From a virus (lineage: Duplodnaviria > Caudoviricetes), in the IMG/VR virus record IMGVR_UViG_3300043119_000179, positions 1-37,487 of that record: a stretch of 37,487 nucleotides of DNA; one strand, given 5' to 3'. Positions 25,149-34,027 of the stretch are shown here, one piece after another. The translations under genes and the position numbers were made by a program. The notes beneath the pieces were generated by a model, which was given only the letters and a program-made list of their open reading frames with translations, did no database searches and was not told the DNA's origin. How positions within the stretch are numbered: position 1 is the first letter of the stretch; the number at the start of each line of letters is the position of its first letter.

Positions 25149-28100
25149 GCTGACAGGTCTCCAATCTGCACGCGAAGTGTGCCGCTGGCGTCAAACACCT
25201 TGATGACGTTGTTCTTGATTTCCATGCGAGCGCCGGATGTAGCACTGAGTACATCAAGCGTACCGGCAAATGTAGCGTTACCGTTGGATGCGTTAAGAGA
25301 AAAAGTCGCGTTGCCAGCGGAGTTATACGCGGCAAGGCCGTTGGCGCTGAAACCTACACCATAACCGCCAGTACGTACGCCAGAGGAGTTCCAAGTTAAT
25401 GTACCTACGGCAAGGCCACCAGCGCCAGCCAACACGTTCTGTGCGTTGGAATTGAGTTTTGTGGCCAGACCGGACAAAGCTGTGTTGGCCGTACCCTGAG
25501 CAGTGGCAGCGTTGGAGACCGCAGTGTCGGCGGTACTTTGCGCTGTGGAAGCCGCAGAAGTAGCAGTATTGGCCGTAGACAAAGCCGTATTCGCCGTACT
25601 TACCACGGTGCTCGCATCAGTGCCAGCTACTGTACCTGCGACGTTGCCTGAGAATTCACTTGTACCCGCATTCAAAATGACAGCACCAGCAGCTGTGCGG
25701 ATCGTCAACCCGCGTGAATCAATCTGCTCGGCAGTAAGCTGCCCACGAATGGATGCAGCACCAAATTCAGCAGTGCCGTTGCCGTTTATTTTCCAACCCT
25801 GAGAGCCCGTAACAAAATTAGTAGACTGGATGTAATCATCCACACCGATCGAACCAGCAGTGAGCTTGCCCACGTTAAGGCTCGCGATCTTCTGGTCGTC
25901 CACAGCCAAGTCAGCGATTTGCGCATTCTGGATCGTGGCGTTTAAGACGTAGGCCGCGTCGATGTACACACCCGCTGGAACAGGTTGCCCGTTGATGCTC
26001 GTCGGAACTGCCTGCACTGCAAATGGGACACGGCTGGCTACCTGCCATGTGACAGAGCCATCAACGATCAGTGTGCCGATGTTACCTACAACAATGCTGC
26101 CAGAGCCCGTCGACCCCCCAACCTTACACACCAGAGTTTTGCTGTCTTGGCCAGCTACGCGAACGATGGCCCCCTGAACGTAAGTAGTGCTTGTAGCCCT
26201 GAGCGCAATGGATGACTGCGGTGTCGTCACCGCGAAACGGTCTACGTTTGCAATAAACTCAGAACCGCCTTCGTCACCATAAATGCCATAACCCGCCACG
26301 TTGCCATTAACATCCAGCTTGATGGTGTACTCGGCCTTCAAGCCGTCGTTGAGAGTCTTCTGTGCTGTGAACCGCTGCTCTAGAGTTGCAGAGTCTGCGC
26401 CATCGCTGACGTTGACCTGTTTGACTGCTGTGGCTATGGGAATACCGACGTTCCACGTTCCACCTGCGGCTTCGCAAGCTGCCTTGTTCGTATTGTCCGA
26501 GGCAATACCGCCGATGGTGCAGTAGCCAATTTGTGTGGTCTCAACTGTTGTGACTCGGGCGTCTACCGCCGTTACAGAACCTGTGATAACAGCATCGGGT
26601 GAGTACACCCATGCCGAGCCGGACCAGAGGTACAGCTTGTTACTATCATTCGTGTCGTACCAAACGTCGCCACTCAGGAGAGGAATATCATCACTCGTCT
26701 CTGGGTCAACACCACGTTTAGTAGGAGCGTCAGCTGTACGAAATACTTTAGATTGAACATCTGCGTATGCACGCAAGAACGTGGCACTCTGGGCGATGGC
26801 GTTCTCAGTATCCGTCTCTGTGAGGTAGTTGTTAGTCAGCGTAGCAGTCAACGAAGCCACAGAACCTGTGATGGCCCCGTCTGGTGAGTACACCCAAGCA
26901 GAGCCGGACCACTGATACAGCTTGTTCTGGTCGTCTAAGTCAATCCACACGTCGCCAGTCTGCAGCGGGATGTCTGCCGATGTCTCAGAATCGACGCCGC
27001 GCTTTGTGGGGGCTGAGACTTGCCTGAACGTGCGGGAAGCCGACACGTCTGTGTACGCCCGAAGCGATGTCTTGCTGCTGGCAATCGCGCTGTTGACAGT
27101 GACCGTGGTCGAGTAGTCGTTAATCAGCGTGGCCCGTGTAGCGGGCAAACCTGTAGTGGCATTGTTGACCTGAGCGTCCAGCGTCTCGATGAGCTCTACC
27201 GTGGCTTCATCGTCTTCAATACGTGCAGTGCGTTCAATCTCCAGATCGGCTCGTATGGAAGCATTCTCCGTGTCCACGAACGTATTGAGCGTCAGAATGT
27301 CCTGCGCCAAAGCGCTGTCAGCCGTAGCCCGAGCAAGTTGCTCACGCGTGATGCTTGCGAAGTTGTCAGAGATGTCAGTGTCTGTGATGTCGATCCACTC
27401 TGTGCCGCTCCACTGGTACTGCTTGTATTTTGGAACGGCGTAGTCTTCGCTGAAGTAATCAGGGTCGTAGCTAATCCTAGTGTCAACCCAAATGTCGTTG
27501 ACGGATGGGCTAGATGGAGCTGTAGCTTGCCTGAAAATCTTGTTCTTGCCAGCGGCGGTAGCTGCTACAACGTCAATTGATCCCGCAAGACCCGCATCGG
27601 CTGTAACACGGGCTGTGCGCTCGGAGTAGATCAAACCAGAAGTGACGTTGGCTAAATCGGTGCCGCCGTACGACCCACGCATCTGGGTAGCCAGAGTCTC
27701 GCGTGCAGTGACCTCGCCATCAAGGCCAGTGTTAAGTATGCTGATATCTTCAGAGTGAGCTGCCACGATGTCAGCCAACGACGAGTAGTCGCCGATCTTC
27801 AGCCAGTACGTAGCGTTTGTTGGCAGGTTGCCAGTCGTAGCTCCAATGGCTTTGTATAGACCACCGTTGTATTTGACGATATCGTCTGCTACATACGCAG
27901 TGGCATTGTCGTACTCTGGGTACGCATTGATCGTATCAAGCTGCCCTTGGATCAACGCCAGCTGATTGGGGATGGTGCCGGTTGTTGTGGCTGGGCCGTC
28001 GATCAGGTTGATGCGGCTGTTCAGCGACGTACTCAACTCTGTCGTTGTTACCTGACCAGACAGAAGACCGAGTGTATAGGCAACGTCAGAACCTGTCGTT

Positions 28101-28564
28101 GCAGATGTGCCAACCAGTGCGTTGTATGGACCCGGGGTGTTGTTGGTGTTGACAAACCGCACCCAGTAGTACCGAGTGACGCTGGGCCCAACCTCATCGA
28201 CGTAGATGGCTCCGGGAGACATGCCCAGAAGAACCGATGCGGACTGCGAGCTGGTGCTTGAGCCCCACACCTCTGCGTGGGCGTGACCGACATACGCCGG
28301 GTTATCCCATGTGACAATGATGTTGCGAATGGCCGCAGCGGCTTCTACGTTCGTAGGCGCTGGTGGCGTAGCGACAAAAGTTGTCGGTGGTCTGATGTTC
28401 CCGTTCACATCCACTGCTGCCAGCCCAGAGCCAACCAAGTCATTGGTAGACAGCAGACGATCAGCACCAGACCCAGACACAAGCTCACGCACGCGGTCAA
28501 GAAACGACCGCAGGTCACGGGGGATATCAGATGTAACGAACGGCAGTTTTTTAGACACCGGCAA
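25145..28564 (-). CDS. Tail fibre / host-specificity protein (J-like C-terminal region)
   Basis: FN3-like N-terminus, CBM5/12-like segment (Y...DIVKYNG.LYKA...YW), coiled coils, VAGYG...FIANVDRFAV, VYIDAA...ATIQNAQI, and terminal VFDASGTLRVQIGDL. Confidence 0.85.
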   Translation of the reverse strand: MPVSKKLPFVTSDIPRDLRSFLDRVRELVSGSGADRLLSTNDLVGSGLAAVDVNGNIRPPTTFVATPPAPTNVEAAAAIRNIIVTWDNPAYVGHAHAEVWGSSTSSQSASVLLGMSPGAIYVDEVGPSVTRYYWVRFVNTNNTPGPYNALVGTSATTGSDVAYTLGLLSGQVTTTELSTSLNSRINLIDGPATTTGTIPNQLALIQGQLDTINAYPEYDNATAYVADDIVKYNGGLYKAIGATTGNLPTNATYWLKIGDYSSLADIVAAHSEDISILNTGLDGEVTARETLATQMRGSYGGTDLANVTSGLIYSERTARVTADAGLAGSIDVVAATAAGKNKIFRQATAPSSPSVNDIWVDTRISYDPDYFSEDYAVPKYKQYQWSGTEWIDITDTDISDNFASITREQLARATADSALAQDILTLNTFVDTENASIRADLEIERTARIEDDEATVELIETLDAQVNNATTGLPATRATLINDYSTTVTVNSAIASSKTSLRAYTDVSASRTFRQVSAPTKRGVDSETSADIPLQTGDVWIDLDDQNKLYQWSGSAWVYSPDGAITGSVASLTATLTNNYLTETDTENAIAQSATFLRAYADVQSKVFRTADAPTKRGVDPETSDDIPLLSGDVWYDTNDSNKLYLWSGSAWVYSPDAVITGSVTAVDARVTTVETTQIGYCTIGGIASDNTNKAACEAAGGTWNVGIPIATAVKQVNVSDGADSATLEQRFTAQKTLNDGLKAEYTIKLDVNGNVAGYGIYGDEGGSEFIANVDRFAVTTPQSSIALRATSTTYVQGAIVRVAGQDSKTLVCKVGGSTGSGSIVVGNIGTLIVDGSVTWQVASRVPFAVQAVPTSINGQPVPAGVYIDAAYVLNATIQNAQIADLAVDDQKIASLNVGKLTAGSIGVDDYIQSTNFVTGSQGWKINGNGTAEFGAASIRGQLTAEQIDSRGLTIRTAAGAVILNAGTSEFSGNVAGTVAGTDASTVVSTANTALSTANTATSAASTAQSTADTAVSNAATAQGTANTALSGLATKLNSNAQNVLAGAGGLAVGTLTWNSSGVRTGGYGVGFSANGLAAYNSAGNATFSLNASNGNATFAGTLDVLSATSGARMEIKNNVIKVFDASGTLRVQIGDLSA

Positions 28565-31058
28565 GCTCCTGCATGGATTGCGCTGTAGCTACCGAGAATA
28601 CCTCAGTATTGCCCTCAATGCGGAACTCCCAGTCACGGCCAACAGCTACCGGCAATTTGAACGGCCTGCGGTTTGCAACGGTCTGGGTATGCACCAGTGT
28701 GCCATCCACGTAATACTTGGCAGTGACAGGGTATGCCTCGGCTTCGACCTGTGAGCACGAGTAAGACATCTCATATGGCATGGTGAACTTCTTGGAAGTC
28801 CAGATGTAGCTGAGCGCGGAGCCAGCTTGCCAGATTTTGACTGAGCGATCAGAGAAGGCCAAGAACAGCTTGTCGTTGACAAGGTCTGTGTAGCCCGCAG
28901 TGGCGTAAACACCATGCAGGGTGAACTGGCCTGACAACAGGTCGTAGATGAATCCGCCTGTCGTGACACCGTTGTTATAGAACGCCACGTATTTGCGGTC
29001 GTGCATGTAGGCGTGAATCGACGACGGGTTGAAGAACGCTTGCCACTGGGCGTAGGTGAACGCTGCCTCAGACACGAGCTTGGAGCCGCCCGGGGACAAC
29101 ATCACAAGGCCGTCAGGGCTGGCATACATCACCACACCGTTAGCGCTCACGATGCTGCGCTTGGAGGCGCAGGCTTGGTCCAAATCGGACTTGACTACCA
29201 CCATGGAGTCTGGGTGGCTGCCCTGCAGGAAGTACGGCGTGCCGGTTGTCAGTACTGCGAGCGTGGTGTCCATACGGCCAAGGCCGACCACCGGGTAGTC
29301 CACAGTCTGGTTATAGGCAATGGGCCATGCGTGGGGGTGATATGGGTCGCAGAAATAAATGTCTCGGCCCACGAAGCCAGCCATAACGCCGTTTGGCAGG
29401 TTGATCAGCCCGCGCATCGTTGCTGGGGGTGGCAGCCATGTCAGGCTTGGGAGTTCTTCGCCAAGCTCTTCAGCCAACACGGAGTCCGTGTAGCTGCTGG
29501 TAGCCGCAGTGATCTCTGCAACAAACAGGTACGTGCCCGACACTGAGCGGTAGATGCGTCTGTGGGTGGCCGTGTACCCAGAAGGAATCGTATCGAAGTT
29601 GGACACTGCGACGGTCTCGCCGACCTTCACGTCTACGCTTGCGGATGCTGGGGCTGGAGCAGACTCAAAGTCATAGCCAGATTCCTTGTTGACCAACGTG
29701 TAAGTGTAAACCCTAGTCTCAGGAATCGCTGTGCCGGTAGAGTCTATCTCGTTGTAAACCACGGTTGTGGGGTAATTTCCGGCACGCAAGCGGATGTATG
29801 CGAGGCTACCGATCAGAGACGTACGAATCTCGGCAAAAGGCTCAGAAGAGCCGTGCAAAGTCACGGTCAGGCCGTAGGTATTAAGCGCGGTCAAAGCGCT
29901 AACTGTGGACCCAGTAGCAACAGCCAACTTGACTTCGGTAGCAGCATTGACTGTGAAAGCCGCAAATGTACCTGCAGCATAGCCTACATCAGTGTTGGTG
30001 ACAAAAATAACAGCAGGTTGCGCTGTCTCAGAGCCATCTACTTTTTGCAGGGTTACCTGTGTGGACCCCACCATGCGCTTGTACTCAATAAAGTCTGTAG
30101 AGCCGCCGCCAGCTGTGCCGGGGGTCAAAACAACGCAGCTACCATAAGCTGTGGCCACCACACCAGAAGTTGTCAATGCCGCAGCAAAAGTGGCAGCGCT
30201 TGTAAACGCACCTGTGGCTGTGTAAGTTTTCTGTGTGGCAGCGCTGGTACGAACAGTAATCACGTCCCCGTTGGCTACTGAGCCGATCTCAACGTCTGTA
30301 ATGATGACGTAAGCAGCCGTGTTGGCGTTGCCGTAGTCGCTCTTATCAAGGTTCGCGTTATAGGTGAACGTGCCAGAAGTATTTGGCTCGGTACCAGTCT
30401 GGTAGCGAACAGTCAGCTGTTCGTTGGGGGTAGACCCTGTGTACGTAACTTCTATGCTGCCGTCAACTACCGTTGCATCAATGTCTGTGATGGCTCCAAG
30501 CTGTGCTGCGATACCAGCTGCTGTGGCTGTAGTTACGGTAATGTCCGTCCAAGTGGTCCCATCAAGTGTGACTCCAACTTTTTCACCTACTTTTATTGCG
30601 CTCACAATAGACGAAGCAATTGTTACTTTGCCAGCAGCTTGAACAGTAACTATGGGCGCAGTTGTAGGTGCTGGGATACCCAGCGGGCGAGATACCGTTG
30701 GGTAGTTGGAGCCAGATAGCGCCAGTGTGGAGTACGTGGCTTTGGGCAGCGTGCCGTCTGTGTAGAACGTCCACTCAGAGGTGTCCCCGGGAATCTGGCT
30801 TCGGCACACATCTACGTCAGTGGTCCAGTGAAACCAGTACTGAGAATCCGAGATAAGGTCTTGGCCAAAGCGATAAATGGTCAGGGGTGTGCCCACCTTA
30901 GTCAACGTGGCGACTGCAGTGCCGACGCCGGTCAGAGGCTGCAAGGAGCCGTTAAACACCACACAGTTGCTTGCCACCTGAGCAGAAGTGTCAGGGAGAA
31001 AGCGCGGGGGCACCTTGGGCGCGATGCCACCAAAAGACTTGATCGGGATAACGGCCAT
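28551..31058 (-). CDS. Tail structural (stabilisation/nozzle-like) protein
   Basis: GAGG SD before ATG 31058; FGG..P start; beta-propeller-like C-terminal half (PYHPHAWP..Y, C.SKRS, YASPDGLV, Y.WTSK.F). Confidence 0.75.
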   Translation of the reverse strand: MAVIPIKSFGGIAPKVPPRFLPDTSAQVASNCVVFNGSLQPLTGVGTAVATLTKVGTPLTIYRFGQDLISDSQYWFHWTTDVDVCRSQIPGDTSEWTFYTDGTLPKATYSTLALSGSNYPTVSRPLGIPAPTTAPIVTVQAAGKVTIASSIVSAIKVGEKVGVTLDGTTWTDITVTTATAAGIAAQLGAITDIDATVVDGSIEVTYTGSTPNEQLTVRYQTGTEPNTSGTFTYNANLDKSDYGNANTAAYVIITDVEIGSVANGDVITVRTSAATQKTYTATGAFTSAATFAAALTTSGVVATAYGSCVVLTPGTAGGGSTDFIEYKRMVGSTQVTLQKVDGSETAQPAVIFVTNTDVGYAAGTFAAFTVNAATEVKLAVATGSTVSALTALNTYGLTVTLHGSSEPFAEIRTSLIGSLAYIRLRAGNYPTTVVYNEIDSTGTAIPETRVYTYTLVNKESGYDFESAPAPASASVDVKVGETVAVSNFDTIPSGYTATHRRIYRSVSGTYLFVAEITAATSSYTDSVLAEELGEELPSLTWLPPPATMRGLINLPNGVMAGFVGRDIYFCDPYHPHAWPIAYNQTVDYPVVGLGRMDTTLAVLTTGTPYFLQGSHPDSMVVVKSDLDQACASKRSIVSANGVVMYASPDGLVMLSPGGSKLVSEAAFTYAQWQAFFNPSSIHAYMHDRKYVAFYNNGVTTGGFIYDLLSGQFTLHGVYATAGYTDLVNDKLFLAFSDRSVKIWQAGSALSYIWTSKKFTMPYEMSYSCSQVEAEAYPVTAKYYVDGTLVHTQTVANRRPFKLPVAVGRDWEFRIEGNTEVFSVATAQSMQELAGV

Positions 31059-31071
31059 GATGATTTCCTCA

Positions 31072-31704
31072 CTAGGCCAGATTGTAATTGGGATCACCCA
31101 GCACCGCCAAGGCGTGATTTGTGTGGGCGATGCGGTCATCCAACCCGATGGTGCCGCCGTTGATCTTCTTGGTAAGGGCCAAAGTGTTACCAGACTCAGC
31201 CAAAGCGTTCAGCTTCTGGGTATCCCAGAACCATCCAGCGGTCATGGCAGCGTACTGGGGTGTAGCCACAAGGTCCGGCTCCATGATGAAGTCTACGCCA
31301 AGCGCCCTACCAGCGTGAAAATAATTTGCCGACCCAGTCAACTGGATGCAGCCTCGACCACGAAAACGATACCCATCACCAGAAGCCTCGTCCCGATTGC
31401 CCATGCGGTTGCCGTAAATGCGGTTGGCGATCTTTTTAGGCTGACGCTCGTAGGCGGCAGCTTCCTCTGGCGTAAAGCCCCATGTGCGCTTTGGCGTGCG
31501 TGGGAACAGCTTGAGCAGCGTGGCAGCACGGTAGTTCAGGTTCTCCTCAAGCACACGGAAGTTGCCGCTCTCGTGCCCGCACTGGCCGATAAACGCAGCT
31601 TGCTGGCGTGGCGTCAGGATGTTGAACCGCTCGAATGTGGCGTTCAGTGCATCGACCCACTGGGGGCCGATGTGTAGCTTCTTGAGTTGGTCAGCGTTGA
31701 GCAT
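31072..31704 (-). CDS. Endolysin, glycoside hydrolase family 19
   Basis: AAFIGQCGHESG, ENLNY, GDGYRFRGRG.IQLTG..NY and TKKINGG..GLDDR. Confidence 0.93.
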   Translation of the reverse strand: MLNADQLKKLHIGPQWVDALNATFERFNILTPRQQAAFIGQCGHESGNFRVLEENLNYRAATLLKLFPRTPKRTWGFTPEEAAAYERQPKKIANRIYGNRMGNRDEASGDGYRFRGRGCIQLTGSANYFHAGRALGVDFIMEPDLVATPQYAAMTAGWFWDTQKLNALAESGNTLALTKKINGGTIGLDDRIAHTNHALAVLGDPNYNLA

Positions 31705-32203
31705 TGATGATGTTCCTCATGTTGTCATACGCGTCGATGCACGCGTTCAACTGGTTGATCGCCCTGTCCCCGTCAGCCGCAATCTGCGCGATCAGTTCGA
31801 GGGTTTGGCGCTCGGATTCGCTGGGACCAGTATCTGCGTCAGGCGTTGGGTCAGGTTGGCTTCGCGCTTGATTGCTATCTCCTGCGGCAACGGTGGCACT
31901 TGGGGCGGCTTGTGGACAACTGGCGGTGGGGAAGCGCACCCTGCCAGCACGAATGGCAGAATTAAGGTCCATTTGCTTTTTGTTGATGACATTGTTGGCC
32001 TTTCTGAGTTCGGTTTCTTTGTCAGCGACAGCCTTGGCCATCTCCTGCTCTTTGGCTCGCGCCTCTTCGTTCTTTCTGGCAATCTCGATCTGCATTTCTG
32101 CGTCACGGTCATTCCAACCATTGCTGTACCCGTACTTGTAGAACCCGCCCATGGCCAGCAAAGCTACGAGCGCCAGCGTGGGGTATAGGGTCATCGGGTT
32201 CAT
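31691..32203 (-). CDS. Rz-like inner-membrane spanin
   Basis: N-terminal TM segment, coiled coil, C-terminal QLNACIDAY; adjacent to the endolysin. Confidence 0.8.
   Translation of the reverse strand: MNPMTLYPTLALVALLAMGGFYKYGYSNGWNDRDAEMQIEIARKNEEARAKEQEMAKAVADKETELRKANNVINKKQMDLNSAIRAGRVRFPTASCPQAAPSATVAAGDSNQARSQPDPTPDADTGPSESERQTLELIAQIAADGDRAINQLNACIDAYDNMRNIINAQR
31792..31992 (-). CDS. Rz1-like outer-membrane spanin embedded in Rz
   Basis: Alternative-frame ORF MSSTKSKWTLILPFVLAGC with a lipobox and Pro-rich mature part; AGAAAGG SD. Confidence 0.8.
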   Translation of the reverse strand: MSSTKSKWTLILPFVLAGCASPPPVVHKPPQVPPLPQEIAIKREANLTQRLTQILVPANPSAKPSN

Positions 32204-32742
32204 TCTGTTTCCTTGCGAGCTGCAGCAATCTCAGCGCGGTCCTCGTCGTCTTCGAGGTGCTCTGGTGGCGTCGTAGGGGGTGGGCCGGGTGTCCAGCTCT
32301 CATCCAGCTCTGGATTCTTCCACACTGGCATAGCGCCAAAGGGCTGGCTTGGCAGGCCATACGCGGACTGCGGGGGAGCGTAGCTGCTGTGGTTGTAACC
32401 GCCCGCCATAGGCTGGCATGTCGGCTGCTGCGGCTGCTGTGGGGGCTGCGGCGTAAACGCCTTGGCTGCTGTTGATACCGCCCGCTTACCAATGACACCG
32501 CCAATGCCGCCAACGATCAGCAGCACGATGTCGTTGAGCATCTTGGTGTAGGCTTGGTCAATGGGTGCCATCGACTTGATTGGCTGCGTCACAAACGTCA
32601 CGGAGTACAGCAAAGCCGTCACAATGCCGAACAGAATGATCGTCACTGCAACCACTACAAAAGCCCAGATGCGGACCTCCAGAAGCGCTGTTTCTTCCTC
32701 AACGGACCGGGGTGGGCTCGGAAGCTGGTTTGGTTTGCTCAA
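32200..32742 (-). CDS. Two-TM membrane protein with Pro-rich tail (holin-like candidate)
   Basis: TTG start after GGAG; two hydrophobic segments; lies in the lysis cluster. Confidence 0.65.
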   Translation of the reverse strand: MSKPNQLPSPPRSVEEETALLEVRIWAFVVVAVTIILFGIVTALLYSVTFVTQPIKSMAPIDQAYTKMLNDIVLLIVGGIGGVIGKRAVSTAAKAFTPQPPQQPQQPTCQPMAGGYNHSSYAPPQSAYGLPSQPFGAMPVWKNPELDESWTPGPPPTTPPEHLEDDEDRAEIAAARKETE

Positions 32743-32914
32743 TTTGTTTCTCCAGTATGGGGGCAACAAGGTACTCGGGACAAGTCTGTGTGAACTGGCA
32801 ACGAGGTTTTTGGCAGCGTTCAGCATGGAAGTTGTCAGGGTTTTGGCAGAAATACCGATACTGCTCGTCACATCCAGCAAGAAGTAACAGGGTGGCTATG
32901 GCGAAGTATTTCAT
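32699..32914 (-). CDS. Cys-rich lipoprotein
   Basis: MKYFAIATLLLLAGC lipobox, with four more Cys in the mature part. Confidence 0.8.
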   Translation of the reverse strand: MKYFAIATLLLLAGCDEQYRYFCQNPDNFHAERCQKPRCQFTQTCPEYLVAPILEKQIEQTKPASEPTPVR

Positions 32915-33393
32915 GGTTTCATCCCATACATAACAAGGTAGACACCAAATCCAACCAGCATGAATATGACAACGATGCCACCAACAACAATCAGGATTTC
33001 AACAAGCTCTTCACGGTCCTGCTTTGCCCTTAAAGCACGGTCACGGGCGAGCTGTGCATCAATCTTGTCTTGCTTGTCCATCTCGGCCACACGGACCATG
33101 ATGGAGTTCCACACATCCATATTGTTGGGGAAGAATAGCCCTTTGACCTGTTCCTCAAAATCGCGCTGTGCTTTTAGGTCAAGCTCGATTTGAACAGCTT
33201 GGCCCATGTTAGAGCCGCCCTTTTTCTTGGCGACCTTCAGGGCTTTAGTGACTTCATGCTTTTGCTCAAAGTACTTGCCGAGCAATGGGCCAAGACTGCG
33301 AACATCGTCCGCTGTTTTTGAGGCTTGCTTTATCAGAGAAACCGTTTTCTGGACAGCGGCCATTGCTGTCAGGGCCATTGTGATCGGTTCCAT
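32911..33393 (-). CDS. Hypothetical protein with C-terminal TM helix
   Basis: GGAG SD; coupled ORF; hydrophobic C-terminus. Confidence 0.75.
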   Translation of the reverse strand: MEPITMALTAMAAVQKTVSLIKQASKTADDVRSLGPLLGKYFEQKHEVTKALKVAKKKGGSNMGQAVQIELDLKAQRDFEEQVKGLFFPNNMDVWNSIMVRVAEMDKQDKIDAQLARDRALRAKQDREELVEILIVVGGIVVIFMLVGFGVYLVMYGMKP

Positions 33394-33494
33394 CAGAGTA
33401 CTCCACGAAAAACCTCAATAAATACCTTGGCGCACCAGACGATGACCCCAACAAGAAGGGCCGCTGCGATAAAGCTAACGGCCCAGTCTTTCAT
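33393..33494 (-). CDS. 33-aa single-TM microprotein (MKDWAVSFIAAALLVGVIVWCAKVFIEVFRGVL)
   Basis: Translated by hand. Stop/start-coupled at both ends. Confidence 0.65.
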   Translation of the reverse strand: MKDWAVSFIAAALLVGVIVWCAKVFIEVFRGVL

Positions 33495-33694
33495 AGCCCG
33501 ATGACTTTCTTCACAAACTCAGCCGCAACACCGGGGCCAAGCAAGACCGCAGCGATGGTGATGTAAAGCAGATACTCGATCTTGGTCATCCGTTTTTTGC
33601 CGGTGTCCAAAGATTCGTTGATCTTTTCGTATCGCAAGGCGCAAACCTCTTCATGTGTTGACAGGCGGGCCTCTGTTGCGTCAATCGTGCTCAT
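33491..33694 (-). CDS. XhlA-like/holin-like membrane protein
   Basis: HEEVC..RY coiled coil followed by a C-terminal TM segment; GGAG SD; first gene of the lysis cluster. Confidence 0.65.
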   Translation of the reverse strand: MSTIDATEARLSTHEEVCALRYEKINESLDTGKKRMTKIEYLLYITIAAVLLGPGVAAEFVKKVIGL

Positions 33695-33712
33695 GGTGCT
33701 GCTTCTCCAAAA

Positions 33713-34009
33713 TTACCAAGGTGTGCCAGTGGCTGTCACCGGGTTTTTCTGCAACTCGATGTTCTGGGCCAGAGAAGCTTCAGTGGCGTCTTTGTCAACG
33801 CCCGATGCCCAGCACCAGTCCAGAACTTCTGCCTCAGTGACATCGGCGTAGGGCACGGAAGGAGTGCCATCAGCCCACGAGCAGGTCGAATAGGCGGAGG
33901 CCGAGTAGTCTCCATCCACGGCTGTGCAGGTCCAGTGCGCTGTGGTGATGAAGCCGTTTGCGACTTCGTAGTTGGTTTGGGTGATTGCCCAGTTGTATGC
34001 GATGGTCAT
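33713..34009 (-). CDS. Tail fibre-associated small protein
   Basis: AAGGA SD; directly follows the fibre gene; PYADVTEAEVLDW...G.PW pattern. Confidence 0.7.
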   Translation of the reverse strand: MTIAYNWAITQTNYEVANGFITTAHWTCTAVDGDYSASAYSTCSWADGTPSVPYADVTEAEVLDWCWASGVDKDATEASLAQNIELQKNPVTATGTPW

Positions 34010-34027
34010 GACGAGTCCTTTCGAGGG

